A stretch of 12,414 nucleotides of DNA from assembly GCA_964510585.1 (NCBI GenBank), contig CAZECW010000064.1:1-12414 (forward strand), written 5' to 3'. Below the pieces are notes generated by a model, which made no database searches, was not told the origin of the DNA, and saw only the letters and a program-made list of their open reading frames with translations. This stretch comes from an uncultured archaeon (GTDB lineage Archaea; Asgardarchaeota; Jordiarchaeia; Jordiarchaeales; Jordiarchaeaceae). Shown one piece after another: positions 1 to 8,610 of this stretch (its first letter is position 1; every line of letters begins with the position of its first letter). A program made the translations under genes and the position numbers.

Positions 1-142
1 GTTGTGCTTTGGGGGCTTCCTGTCGGATTGTGCTTTTATCTTGCCAGCCTCTTTTCCCACTCTTCTCCCCCTCGGTTCTGCATCTTCTTCCGAGTTCATG
101 GATTGTTTCTTCCTCTGTGTTGGTAGCTATATTTGGGTGCAA
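1..142 (-). other. Possible 5' part of a gene or degenerate ORF running off the left edge (possibly a transposase remnant)
   Basis: Two minus-strand frames are open to the edge: from TTG142 (MHPNIATNTEEETIHELGRRC...) and from ATG99 (MNSEEDAE...KIKAQSDRKPPKHN). The third frame contains EEWEKRLAR*. No diagnostic motif is visible. Confidence 0.2.
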
Positions 143-155
143 GTGTCTTAATAGA

Positions 156-184
156 GTTTTTGGGCGGCTTAAACCGCCAGAAAC
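156..184. repeat. Imperfect inverted repeat / hairpin
   Basis: GTTTTT-G-GGCGG-[CTTAAA]-CCGCC-AGAAAC forms an 11-bp stem with one bulge and one G-T pair. Confidence 0.5.
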
Positions 185-406
185 ATACCAAAAACGCAAA
201 AATACTCAATTGTGCAACACAGCATATATGTAGAATTTTTTAAATAATTTCATTAGGTTTTGTTGGATTGAAGAATGTAATTGGAAAAGTGGAAAATTTA
301 ATAATTAGGGAGTCCTCTTTTACCCATGCTATTTAAAAAAGGTTCTGAAGGGCTTCGTGGGCGGTTCATGTATCTGATACTGTTTGGAAGCATTGGTGGT
401 ATTTAA

Positions 407-2584
407 ATGGTTACAAGTCTCGGAGAAATAAAGGGTATAGGAAAAAAGGTAGAAGAAAAGTTGGTGGAATACTTTGGGTCTGAGGAGGAGGCGCTCGAAG
501 CGGTTTTAAATGCTAGAATATCCGAGATTGGTGCCATTCCCGGTATCGGTCTTGGTAAAGCGTTTCAAATCGTAAAAAATGCTTACGAACATGTGGAAGG
601 TGTAACCTCCTCCCAAGTTCTGAAAACGGAGGATATCGAAAAGATTTACAACCACCTGATTGAAATAGCGCAATCCTATGCTAGAACCGCGTATGCAAGA
701 AATAAAATGATGCTTTATTGGCCGCTTCCCCCATCCAAGATAGAAAAAATAAAAGCTAACCTGGCCCGTTTCATGGACGCAAAGAAAATTGTTCAAACTA
801 TTGATAAAGAAAAAATTAGTGAGATATCAAATCTCCTTAGTGTCCTTACTCCTCTTAAAAAGGGTGTGGTGAAAAAGAAGGTAGAAGGCAGAGCTATCCT
901 GACAAAAAGTAATGAGGCTTACGAGGAAATCAGAAGACAAAAGGTTGACCGCTACTGTAATACCCTTTTATTAGAACCGGGTGAAAAGATCGCAGAGTAT
1001 GCTCAGGGATACGACCTAGTGTTATATATTGCTCATGGCGAAGACTATGATAGTTCGCTTGATTATGTCGAAAATATTTTCACAATTCCTTCTCAGTGGA
1101 CTATGAACGATTTAATCCCCGAGCTAACAATTGAGTTTTATTCAACAAACTACAAAGTAATAAACGCTACCTGCGATTTGGCGAAAATAATCAATACCCT
1201 GCCAAGTGTAAAGGCCTTAGACGAATTTAAATCGCAGCTAGACATTAAAATTTTGGAAGAGGTAAAAACCCTACTGGGACTAATAACTGAAGAGGGGCGT
1301 GTAGCTGAGGGTTACAATGCGGAACTGGACAGATACCGAGAAGCCCTAAAAAAATTTGACACCGCAGTACTAGATACACAAACTTGGCTGAACGATGAGA
1401 TAAGAAGAAGATTGTCCGAGAGCGAGGCAAAACTGGGGGGAGAACAAATAATCAGGATTCTGGAAGCCGCCAGAACAGACTCCATCGAAGCAGGAAGCTT
1501 AAGAAGCTATCTGCCAAGTGAGGTTACCGACATTATATTGGACTGCATAAGGGAGGCTGAAGATAGATTCTGTAAAATTCTAAAGCTTTCCGCCAAGGAA
1601 ATACCTTGGATAGAAGGTATATTTCCGGAAGAAATTTTACTCCCCATAGAGCTGAATCGCTCCAAAACAATTGAATTAGAAAATACTTTACGTAGACAGT
1701 ACAGCGTCAAGGAATACACAATACTAAAAGAAATCGCCGACAAACTTTCAAAACATGTGGACGCTGTCAGAAAGGCGGTACAAGCGGTTCTTGAATTTGA
1801 CTTATTCTTTGCTGTAGGGTTATTCGCTAAAGATTATGATCTTAATGCTCCGTTAATTCAAACTGAGAACATTGGAATTGGATTTGAAGGCGGACAGAAC
1901 GTATTCCTGAAGGAGATGGAATTAAAAGGAAAAGAAAAAGTTATCCCTATAAACTACGTAGTGGGCGATCCGGGCTTAAAATTTGATAACACTAATGGCG
2001 AAAGAATTGTTATGCTATCGGGGGCCAATTCCGGAGGAAAAACTATGACTATCCAACTCATAGCCCAGATTGCCATATTGGCCCAAATGGGATTCCCTGT
2101 TCCCTCTAAGAAGGCGAGTTTAAGCCTGTTTGAGGAACTTTTTTACTTTGGGAAATCCCAAGGAATGGTATCCGCAGGGGCTTTGGAACAAAATCTTAGA
2201 AGATTTGTATCAATAATAACTAACCCTGCCTCCAAACTTGCCTTATTTGATGAAGTGGAAGCCATGACCGAGTCAGGAGCAGCGGCCAAAATTATTGCCG
2301 GAATACTTGACATTATGGGTGAGAGTAAGGGGACATGTGCAGTATTCGTTAGCCACCTATCCGAAGAGATTATTAAATTAACTAAGAACAAAGTTAGGGT
2401 AGATGGAATCTCCGCAAGGGGACTCGACGAAAACATGAACCTCATTGTGGATAGAACACCCAGATTCAACTACCTCGCTAAATCAACGCCCGAATTAATC
2501 CTCCAGAGATTGTATTCCCTCTCTCAGGGCGAAGAAAAAGAGGTGTTCAAAAGCATTCTGGAAAAATTAGAAGAAGCAAAATAA
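407..2584 (+). CDS. mutS: Archaeal MutS-family ATPase (MutS5/MutS2-like) with N-terminal helix-hairpin-helix motifs
   Basis: 725 aa. Two HhH motifs (LGEIKGIGKK, IGAIPGIGLG). C-terminal MutS domain V: Walker A GANSGGKT, AQMG..VP, Walker B LFDEVE, and VSHL. No recognisable mismatch-binding domain I or Smr domain. GGTGGT RBS upstream. Confidence 0.88.
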   Translation: MVTSLGEIKGIGKKVEEKLVEYFGSEEEALEAVLNARISEIGAIPGIGLGKAFQIVKNAYEHVEGVTSSQVLKTEDIEKIYNHLIEIAQSYARTAYARNKMMLYWPLPPSKIEKIKANLARFMDAKKIVQTIDKEKISEISNLLSVLTPLKKGVVKKKVEGRAILTKSNEAYEEIRRQKVDRYCNTLLLEPGEKIAEYAQGYDLVLYIAHGEDYDSSLDYVENIFTIPSQWTMNDLIPELTIEFYSTNYKVINATCDLAKIINTLPSVKALDEFKSQLDIKILEEVKTLLGLITEEGRVAEGYNAELDRYREALKKFDTAVLDTQTWLNDEIRRRLSESEAKLGGEQIIRILEAARTDSIEAGSLRSYLPSEVTDIILDCIREAEDRFCKILKLSAKEIPWIEGIFPEEILLPIELNRSKTIELENTLRRQYSVKEYTILKEIADKLSKHVDAVRKAVQAVLEFDLFFAVGLFAKDYDLNAPLIQTENIGIGFEGGQNVFLKEMELKGKEKVIPINYVVGDPGLKFDNTNGERIVMLSGANSGGKTMTIQLIAQIAILAQMGFPVPSKKASLSLFEELFYFGKSQGMVSAGALEQNLRRFVSIITNPASKLALFDEVEAMTESGAAAKIIAGILDIMGESKGTCAVFVSHLSEEIIKLTKNKVRVDGISARGLDENMNLIVDRTPRFNYLAKSTPELILQRLYSLSQGEEKEVFKSILEKLEEAK

Positions 2585-2715
2585 ATGAAAAATTTGGAAA
2601 AATCAATACGCTCCCCTAACCCAAAAATTTTTAGATATGATAGTCTTCATCTGATTTTCATTTCAAACCAAAAATTTTCAGCGGACGTTCAATTAGCTTA
2701 GGTTTTTCTTCTCAC

Positions 2716-3528
2716 CTAATTTTGATGTCTTTCCACTTTAACTTTACTCCCCACTTTGATACCCAATTTTTTAGCTGCGTTGCCCTGATTTATTGATATC
2801 TCTAAAAAGTCGTAGCTTCCAATAACACAAACATAACTCCCAATTTTAGTGTACCCATATGCCTTTTGGAATGGGGAATTTATTCTTTTACCGTCAATCC
2901 TGATTTTAATATTGGAACCATAAGTCACACCTATCTTTTTCAAATCATTTTCGGTTATGTTAGTTATTCCATTACCAAACTGGTCTATGTGTATTATCTC
3001 ACCCCATATCACTCCTTCTTTGACCATAGCTTTTGGAATACTCCAACGAATATAATTGTTAATTTTGGGGCCCACTATTCTAGGTTCAATTCCGTTCGCT
3101 AAGTGTGCCGCTACTGGCGAAAAAATGGTCAAACCGTGGAAGGTGTGTGTTTTCTTTTCAAGCATTAAATCCTCATTTCTAATTTCATAAACACTTCTAA
3201 CCCCATCTCTATCCATAAGGAGCGAAAAGAGGCCGTTATCAGGCCCGACTGCTAAGTAATTCTCGGTTTCTAAAACTATTCCCCTTCTCTCTGTACCCAC
3301 ACCTGGATCGACTACACCCACAAAAATGGTGCCCTTAGGAAAATATGGAGCCGCTGAAGCCAGCACAAAAGCACCATGCCTAACATCGAAAAGGGGGATT
3401 TCATGACTAATATCAATAATCTTGGCCTCCGGGCATATACTCAGTATTGTGCCCTTCATGGCTGCTACTGACGACTCCTTCAAACCAAAATCTGTAAGTA
3501 ATGCTATAATCTTATGTTTGCCAAGCAT
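2716..3528 (-). CDS. SAM-dependent chlorinase/fluorinase superfamily protein (DUF62, SAM hydroxide adenosyltransferase / SAM hydrolase)
   Basis: 270 aa with LLTDFG, VVDPGVGTERR, GPDNGL, TFHG, HIDQFGN and LEISINQGNAA motifs. Confidence 0.93.
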   Translation of the reverse strand: MLGKHKIIALLTDFGLKESSVAAMKGTILSICPEAKIIDISHEIPLFDVRHGAFVLASAAPYFPKGTIFVGVVDPGVGTERRGIVLETENYLAVGPDNGLFSLLMDRDGVRSVYEIRNEDLMLEKKTHTFHGLTIFSPVAAHLANGIEPRIVGPKINNYIRWSIPKAMVKEGVIWGEIIHIDQFGNGITNITENDLKKIGVTYGSNIKIRIDGKRINSPFQKAYGYTKIGSYVCVIGSYDFLEISINQGNAAKKLGIKVGSKVKVERHQN

Positions 3529-3745
3529 AAGGCACCCTTCCCAAAATCCAAATAAACAAATTTCATAAGACTTTTTAGTTAAACCCTATTTTCTCGAAAA
3601 TTAAAAAGGGTTTCCAAACCAAGATAGTATCTTTTTTGATGATGCCCTGGTTCAGAAATATTTTCCAAATAGCTTTTTAATGAAATAATATAAAGAAGAA
3701 TGTGAAGAACCCAACAGTTTCATTATAGTAACCAGTCAAAGGGTA

Positions 3746-4312
3746 ATGGTAATGACTCGTGGACTATTCGTTGGCAGGTTTCAACCGTTCCATTTGGGCC
3801 ATTTGTATGTTGTGAAAAAACTGTTAGAAAGTGTGGATGAACTAATAATTGCGATTGGCAGTGCACAGTACAGTCACACGTTCAGGGATCCTTTTAATGC
3901 TGGTGAGAGAATCTGGATGATTAGAAGTGCGCTGGACGAGGATTTAGATCCCAGAAGGTATTATGTGATACCAGTTCCGGATGTTAACGATAACCGCGTC
4001 TGGGTAGCCCATGTGGCTTCGTATACTCCCCCATTCCAAATAGTTTTTTCGAACAATTCTCTTGTTAAAGTGTTATTCCAAGAGGCAGGGTACGATGTTC
4101 AGAGCCTACCATTATATAAAAGGGAATTGTACTGTGCTACAGAGATTCGTAAAAAAATTGTGGCCAACGAGGATTGGGAACACCTTGTCCCAGAAAAGGT
4201 GGCCAAAATCATCAAGGAGATAGGGGGAGACAGAAGACTAAGAGAAATTGTTAAAAAGGACTACAATTACCATGACACTAATAACGACCACAAATTTATT
4301 CACCAACTATAG
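3746..4312 (+). CDS. nadM: Nicotinamide-nucleotide adenylyltransferase (archaeal NMNAT)
   Basis: GRFQPFHLGH (HxGH), IGSAQYSHTFRDPFNAGER and ATEIR motifs. The start could instead be ATG 3752. Confidence 0.95.
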   Translation: MVMTRGLFVGRFQPFHLGHLYVVKKLLESVDELIIAIGSAQYSHTFRDPFNAGERIWMIRSALDEDLDPRRYYVIPVPDVNDNRVWVAHVASYTPPFQIVFSNNSLVKVLFQEAGYDVQSLPLYKRELYCATEIRKKIVANEDWEHLVPEKVAKIIKEIGGDRRLREIVKKDYNYHDTNNDHKFIHQL

Positions 4313-4324
4313 GGACGTAGAGGT

Positions 4325-4861
4325 ATGACGACAGTTGCCTCAATACTGAAAAATAACGGGCTGTACGTTGGAGCTGCTAGACAAGGAGAAAAATTGGTCG
4401 CCACAATGTTTCCAGTTAATGATGAGAAGGTGGCTAAGAAAAAATTAATTAGCACTATTCATGATAAAAACATTGAATTCAGGGATGACCCCGCCTGTTT
4501 ATCGGTTTCCCAAAAAATTTTTCAAATTCTTAGAGGAGAAAAAGTGGAGTTTAATGAACCCATAGAAATATCACATTTACCTCCTTTTCAAAAAAGAGTT
4601 TTAGAGGCAACTAAAGAGATTCCTTGGGGCACGGTAACCACATACGGTAAACTCGCAGAGAAATTAGGAAATAGAAAGGCAGCTAGGGCTGTGGGAAACG
4701 CTCTGGCGGCAAATCCCTTACCCCTGATAATTGCATGTCACAGAGTTGTTAAAAGTAACGGCGAGATTGGAGGATTTGGAGGCGGTTCCGAGCTTAAAAA
4801 GAAACTCCTCCAAAATGAGGGAATCAAATTTCAAGGCGATAGAATAGCTCTAACTCAATGA
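4325..4861 (+). CDS. ogt: Methylated-DNA--protein-cysteine methyltransferase (O6-alkylguanine alkyltransferase)
   Basis: FQKRV...IPWG.V.TYG.LA, ARAVGNALAANP and active site ACHRVV (a PCHRV variant), plus the C-terminal LL.NEG. Confidence 0.95.
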   Translation: MTTVASILKNNGLYVGAARQGEKLVATMFPVNDEKVAKKKLISTIHDKNIEFRDDPACLSVSQKIFQILRGEKVEFNEPIEISHLPPFQKRVLEATKEIPWGTVTTYGKLAEKLGNRKAARAVGNALAANPLPLIIACHRVVKSNGEIGGFGGGSELKKKLLQNEGIKFQGDRIALTQ

Positions 4862-4931
4862 GCCCCTTATTGCCTATAAGAAACCTTACCTTCACCATTC
4901 TCTGGAGGTTCAACTGAGGAAACAATGGTAA

Positions 4932-6020
4932 ATGAAAGAGGAGGTGCAAGAAATTATAGAGATAGATGGAAGCCAAGGAGAGGGCGGAGGCCAACTTCTT
5001 AGAACAGGTGTGGCCCTCTCAGCTCTGGTGAATAAACCCGTTAAAATTTACAACATCCGCGCTAAAAGGTCAGAACCCGGACTTAAAGCTCAACACGCCA
5101 CAGCAATAAATGCACTGGCCAAAATAACCCAAGCCCAAGTAACAGGGATTAAAATCGGATCAGACACCATAACTTTTACTCCCAATAGACCTCGAGGAGG
5201 CGAATTCAAATTTGATATTGGCACAGCAGGATCAATTAGCCTCGTTCTCCAAACCATAATGCCCTGCGCCGCCTTCGCCCAATCACAGACCAAACTAGAA
5301 ATCAGAGGCGGAACAGATGTAGCGTGGAGCCCACCCATAGATTATATATCCAATGTTACTCTGCCAATTCTGGAAAAAATGGGTTACCGGTCAGAAATCG
5401 TAACTGTTAGAAGAGGACACTATCCTCGGGGAGGAGGGCTGGTAAAAGCTACATTAACCCCTGTCAAGAAATTGCTTCCACTAAACTTGATGGAAAGAGG
5501 AGAAATACTTAGAATTAGAGGAATCTCGCACGCTGTAAAATTACCCCAACATGTTAGTCAAAGGCAGGCGGACTCGGCAGAAAAAAAGTTGAAGAAAGCG
5601 GGTTTTGAAAATGTAGAAATTAAGCTAGAGTGGTATGAGAAGGAGAAGGACCCACACTTGGGCTCTGGATCTGGTATCGTATTGTGGGCCGAAACCTCGT
5701 CGGGAAGCGTGATTGGTGCAGATGTGCTGGGTGAGAAGGGCAAACCGGCAGAGAAAGTAGGTGAGGAAGCGGCAGACAAACTCTTGAGAGAAATTAATAG
5801 AAACGCGCCTATAGATTCCCATATGGGTGACATGCTGATTCCATATCTTGCAGTTGCAGAAGGCGTATCCCAAATAAAAGTTTCTGAGTTAACTCTTCAC
5901 CTACTGAGCAACATTTGGGTTACTGAAAAAATCTTAAATGTTAAATTCAGTGTCACAGGTAGGGAAGGGGAATCCGGAACAATCAGTGTTAAGGGAATAA
6001 ATCTACAGAATCCAGTCTAA
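4932..6020 (+). CDS. rtcA: RNA 3'-terminal phosphate cyclase
   Basis: IDGSQGEGGGQLLRT, GTAGSI.LVLQ, GGTDV.WSP, RGHYPRGGG and TLHLLSN (adenylated His motif); 362 aa. Confidence 0.96.
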   Translation: MKEEVQEIIEIDGSQGEGGGQLLRTGVALSALVNKPVKIYNIRAKRSEPGLKAQHATAINALAKITQAQVTGIKIGSDTITFTPNRPRGGEFKFDIGTAGSISLVLQTIMPCAAFAQSQTKLEIRGGTDVAWSPPIDYISNVTLPILEKMGYRSEIVTVRRGHYPRGGGLVKATLTPVKKLLPLNLMERGEILRIRGISHAVKLPQHVSQRQADSAEKKLKKAGFENVEIKLEWYEKEKDPHLGSGSGIVLWAETSSGSVIGADVLGEKGKPAEKVGEEAADKLLREINRNAPIDSHMGDMLIPYLAVAEGVSQIKVSELTLHLLSNIWVTEKILNVKFSVTGREGESGTISVKGINLQNPV

Positions 6021-6159
6021 CCCATTTTCTCAAAGGTTATTGATTCAAAATAATATAAACTATCATGTTTAATTATGCTGTCTAGGCGCTTAGCTCAAAT
6101 TGTTCTTATCAAAATCTTATTTTTTCAATCTTTTTGCGTATTTCTTACATAATTGGTTG

Positions 6160-6546
6160 TTAATCCACTTTTACTTTGTCTAATTTATCCGATTTGCCTT
6201 TTTTGGGGATGCGAATTTCTAAAACTCCGTTGTTTCCCGAGTATTTGGCTTTAATACTGTTGACGTCGATTTTTTCGGGAAAGGTGAAGCGTCTTTTAAT
6301 GGAACCTTGAGGTCTCTCTCGGAGAAGATATCTGACTGGTCCAAAATCTGGGCTTTGGATATCTACTGAGAGATCCAGATAGTTATCTGCGGCGTTCAAG
6401 ATGATATTGTTCTTATCCGCTCCTGGCAGGTCAATGAAAACTTTGTATTCCGCCTCGGATTCTATTATATCTGCGAGAGGAAATTCTATTTCCTGCTTTT
6501 TCTCTAGAGCCTGCCGAAGCTCATTTTCCAACTTTTTTATAATCAT
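6160..6546 (-). CDS. Hsp20 / alpha-crystallin small heat shock protein
   Basis: P.ADI.E...EY.V.IDLPG.DK, RER..G...RRF.FP, A.Y.NGVLEIRIPK and a C-terminal V-x-V motif (KVKVD). Confidence 0.92.
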   Translation of the reverse strand: MIIKKLENELRQALEKKQEIEFPLADIIESEAEYKVFIDLPGADKNNIILNAADNYLDLSVDIQSPDFGPVRYLLRERPQGSIKRRFTFPEKIDVNSIKAKYSGNNGVLEIRIPKKGKSDKLDKVKVD

Positions 6547-6556
6547 GAACAGGTTT

Positions 6557-7588
6557 TCAGCGGGGGGCTCCCTTTTCGTACTTTACCCCTCCTTGGAGTT
6601 TACTGTACCTCATTACTGCCTCAATTGTTTCTTGGACTCCAATATTTTTAATTGCTACCATCCTGATTGGATTATCCAACTTCCTTTCAACTTCTTCTAG
6701 ATGCTCATTATCCATTAAATCCACCTTATTAATTGCAATGACTATTGGGAGCGTGGGGAACATGGCTTTTATTTCACTTAGCAGTTCTAATTGTGGCTCT
6801 ATGGGGTAGCCGCAGCTTAAAGTTGGGTCTATGATAAAGACGACTACGTTAGCAATGTGGCGAATAGCCGCTATGGCTTGAAGTTCTATCTTGTTTCTCT
6901 GATTCATGGGTCTATCGAGGATGCCGGGAGTATCAATTATTTGGCAACGTTGGTCGTTGTAGGAAAAATGGCCTAAAATGATCTTTTTTGTTGTAAAGGG
7001 GTATTCTGCGATTTCAGGCTTTGCTGAAGAAACGCTTCTGACAAAAGAGCTTTTTCCAGTGTTAGGATATCCCGCAACAACAATTGTAAACTCGTCAGTA
7101 CTAATTGTGGGAAGTTTTGATAGTGCTTTTGTGGCTTCTATTAAAAAATCTAGTTTTTTCCCCCTCTTCTCAATTACTGAGGAAATTCTGGCGTAAGCCT
7201 CTATTCTAGCCTTCGCCGCTGATTTAGGGCTATCCGAAAATTTTATCTCCCTAACTTTTTCTTTACCGATTTTTTTAATTACCCGGGATATTCCCTCAAG
7301 AGAGGCCAGGGCCTCTTTTAACCTACCAATACCCACAAGAACATCTGCCAGCTCATAATAAAATGGGTGAATATTATCCAAATTTGGAAAAGTTTTCACA
7401 ATACTCGTCAAGTACTTTCCGAGACTGTCTGAAATAAACTTGACACGCGCCGCTTCGCGTTTCCTCGCCTTAACAATGAAGGGGTCACGTTTAGGTACAT
7501 TTAGGGATAGACGAGAAGCCCTGTGGAAAACCACATCAAGAAGTTCCTGTGGCCTATGGATCTTCTTGATTTTTGAGAAGGGCTGCAT
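6557..7588 (-). CDS. nog1: NOG1-family GTP-binding protein (ribosome biogenesis GTPase)
   Basis: N-terminal NOG1 helical domain (FP.LDNIHPFYYEL). G1 GYPNTGKSS, G2 YPFTT, G3 DTPG.LDRP...RN.IE and G4 NKVD. Confidence 0.95.
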   Translation of the reverse strand: MQPFSKIKKIHRPQELLDVVFHRASRLSLNVPKRDPFIVKARKREAARVKFISDSLGKYLTSIVKTFPNLDNIHPFYYELADVLVGIGRLKEALASLEGISRVIKKIGKEKVREIKFSDSPKSAAKARIEAYARISSVIEKRGKKLDFLIEATKALSKLPTISTDEFTIVVAGYPNTGKSSFVRSVSSAKPEIAEYPFTTKKIILGHFSYNDQRCQIIDTPGILDRPMNQRNKIELQAIAAIRHIANVVVFIIDPTLSCGYPIEPQLELLSEIKAMFPTLPIVIAINKVDLMDNEHLEEVERKLDNPIRMVAIKNIGVQETIEAVMRYSKLQGGVKYEKGAPR

Positions 7589-7830
7589 CTTTCATATCCC
7601 TCAATAAACAAACAAAAAAAGACACTTAACTCTATCGGCAAGCAGCTAAGAGAAGATATAAAATTAATTTCCCCCTCCATGAGTTTACTATAATTTAAAT
7701 TTTTAACAAATTAAACTTTTGAACAGAAATTATTAAAAGCTGATAATTAGATTGAAATTGTAGTGTGTTAATTTTCTCACAAAAAGTTTTTATTTGCCGA
7801 ATAATTCATGGGTTTAAGGAGAGAATCAAA

Positions 7831-8430
7831 ATGTCTGGTTATCCCGAGAGTGCAACAATAGTTGGAATAGTTTGCAAAGACGGCGTTGTTCTAGCCGCAG
7901 AAAAACGTGTTACTTATGGTAGGCTTATCCTGAGTCGTACTGGTAAGAAGGTTTTCAAGATTACTGACAGAATAGGCATTGCGGTCGCAGGACTAGTGGC
8001 TGATATGCAAGTTTTATCTAAGGAACTCGAAGCAATGAGTAGAATGTACTTTATGGAGATGCGTAAACCAATAAGCGTTCGCTCCGCAGCTACACTCCTA
8101 TCAAATATACTTTACGAAAGAAAAATGGTGCCCTTCTTCAGCCAAACAATAATCGGTGGGCTTGATAATGGAGAACCAACAATTTACACCCTAGATCCAT
8201 TAGGTTCACTACTAAAGGACACCTATGCAGCAGCTGGTTCAGGTTCAGAGATAGCTCTGGGAACCCTAGAAAGACACTACAAAGAAAAAATGAGCGTGAA
8301 TGAGGGAAAAGACCTTGCAGTACGAGCAATTAGGGCCGCAGCAAAAAGAGATGTCCTTTCAGGAGAAGGAATAGACATTATGGTCATAACCGACAAGGGA
8401 ATAGAAATATCTGAGGAAAGCATCACCTAA
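7831..8430 (+). CDS. psmB: Proteasome beta subunit, predicted catalytically inactive (Thr1->Ala) beta1 type
   Basis: ATIVGIVCKDGVVLAAEKR...KKV, GSGS and RDVLSG match the Ntn beta fold. Start ATG 7831 is preceded by AAGGAG; the longer ORF call from 7765 has no homologous N-terminus. Confidence 0.94.
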   Translation: MSGYPESATIVGIVCKDGVVLAAEKRVTYGRLILSRTGKKVFKITDRIGIAVAGLVADMQVLSKELEAMSRMYFMEMRKPISVRSAATLLSNILYERKMVPFFSQTIIGGLDNGEPTIYTLDPLGSLLKDTYAAAGSGSEIALGTLERHYKEKMSVNEGKDLAVRAIRAAAKRDVLSGEGIDIMVITDKGIEISEESIT

Positions 8431-8610
8431 ATTACTCAGGCAACCCTCCTTTTTCTTAAATAATATACCTGTGGAGCTAAAAATCGAAAAGCACTAATTC
8501 TAGTGATTCTATTTCCCCTATTATAAACTAATTTCTAACCCAAAATAATCCTAGAGAACATTTCTATGGCATAGATTTATTCCTCTCGAAAAATAACTTG
8601 GAGAATCGAA

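Noticed and set aside
9-233. 74-aa plus-strand ORF
   Set aside because: Low-complexity Ser/Leu/Phe composition typical of the antisense of purine-rich coding sequence; no motif.
3637-3700. TGATGA as a C box of an archaeal C/D sRNA in the DUF62-nadM intergenic region
   Set aside because: No D box (CTGA) at a suitable distance downstream.
7765-7830. Extended N-terminus of psmB from GTG/TTG start at 7765
   Set aside because: The extension overlaps promoter-like AT-rich sequence, and ATG 7831 has an AAGGAG RBS and gives a typical short propeptide.
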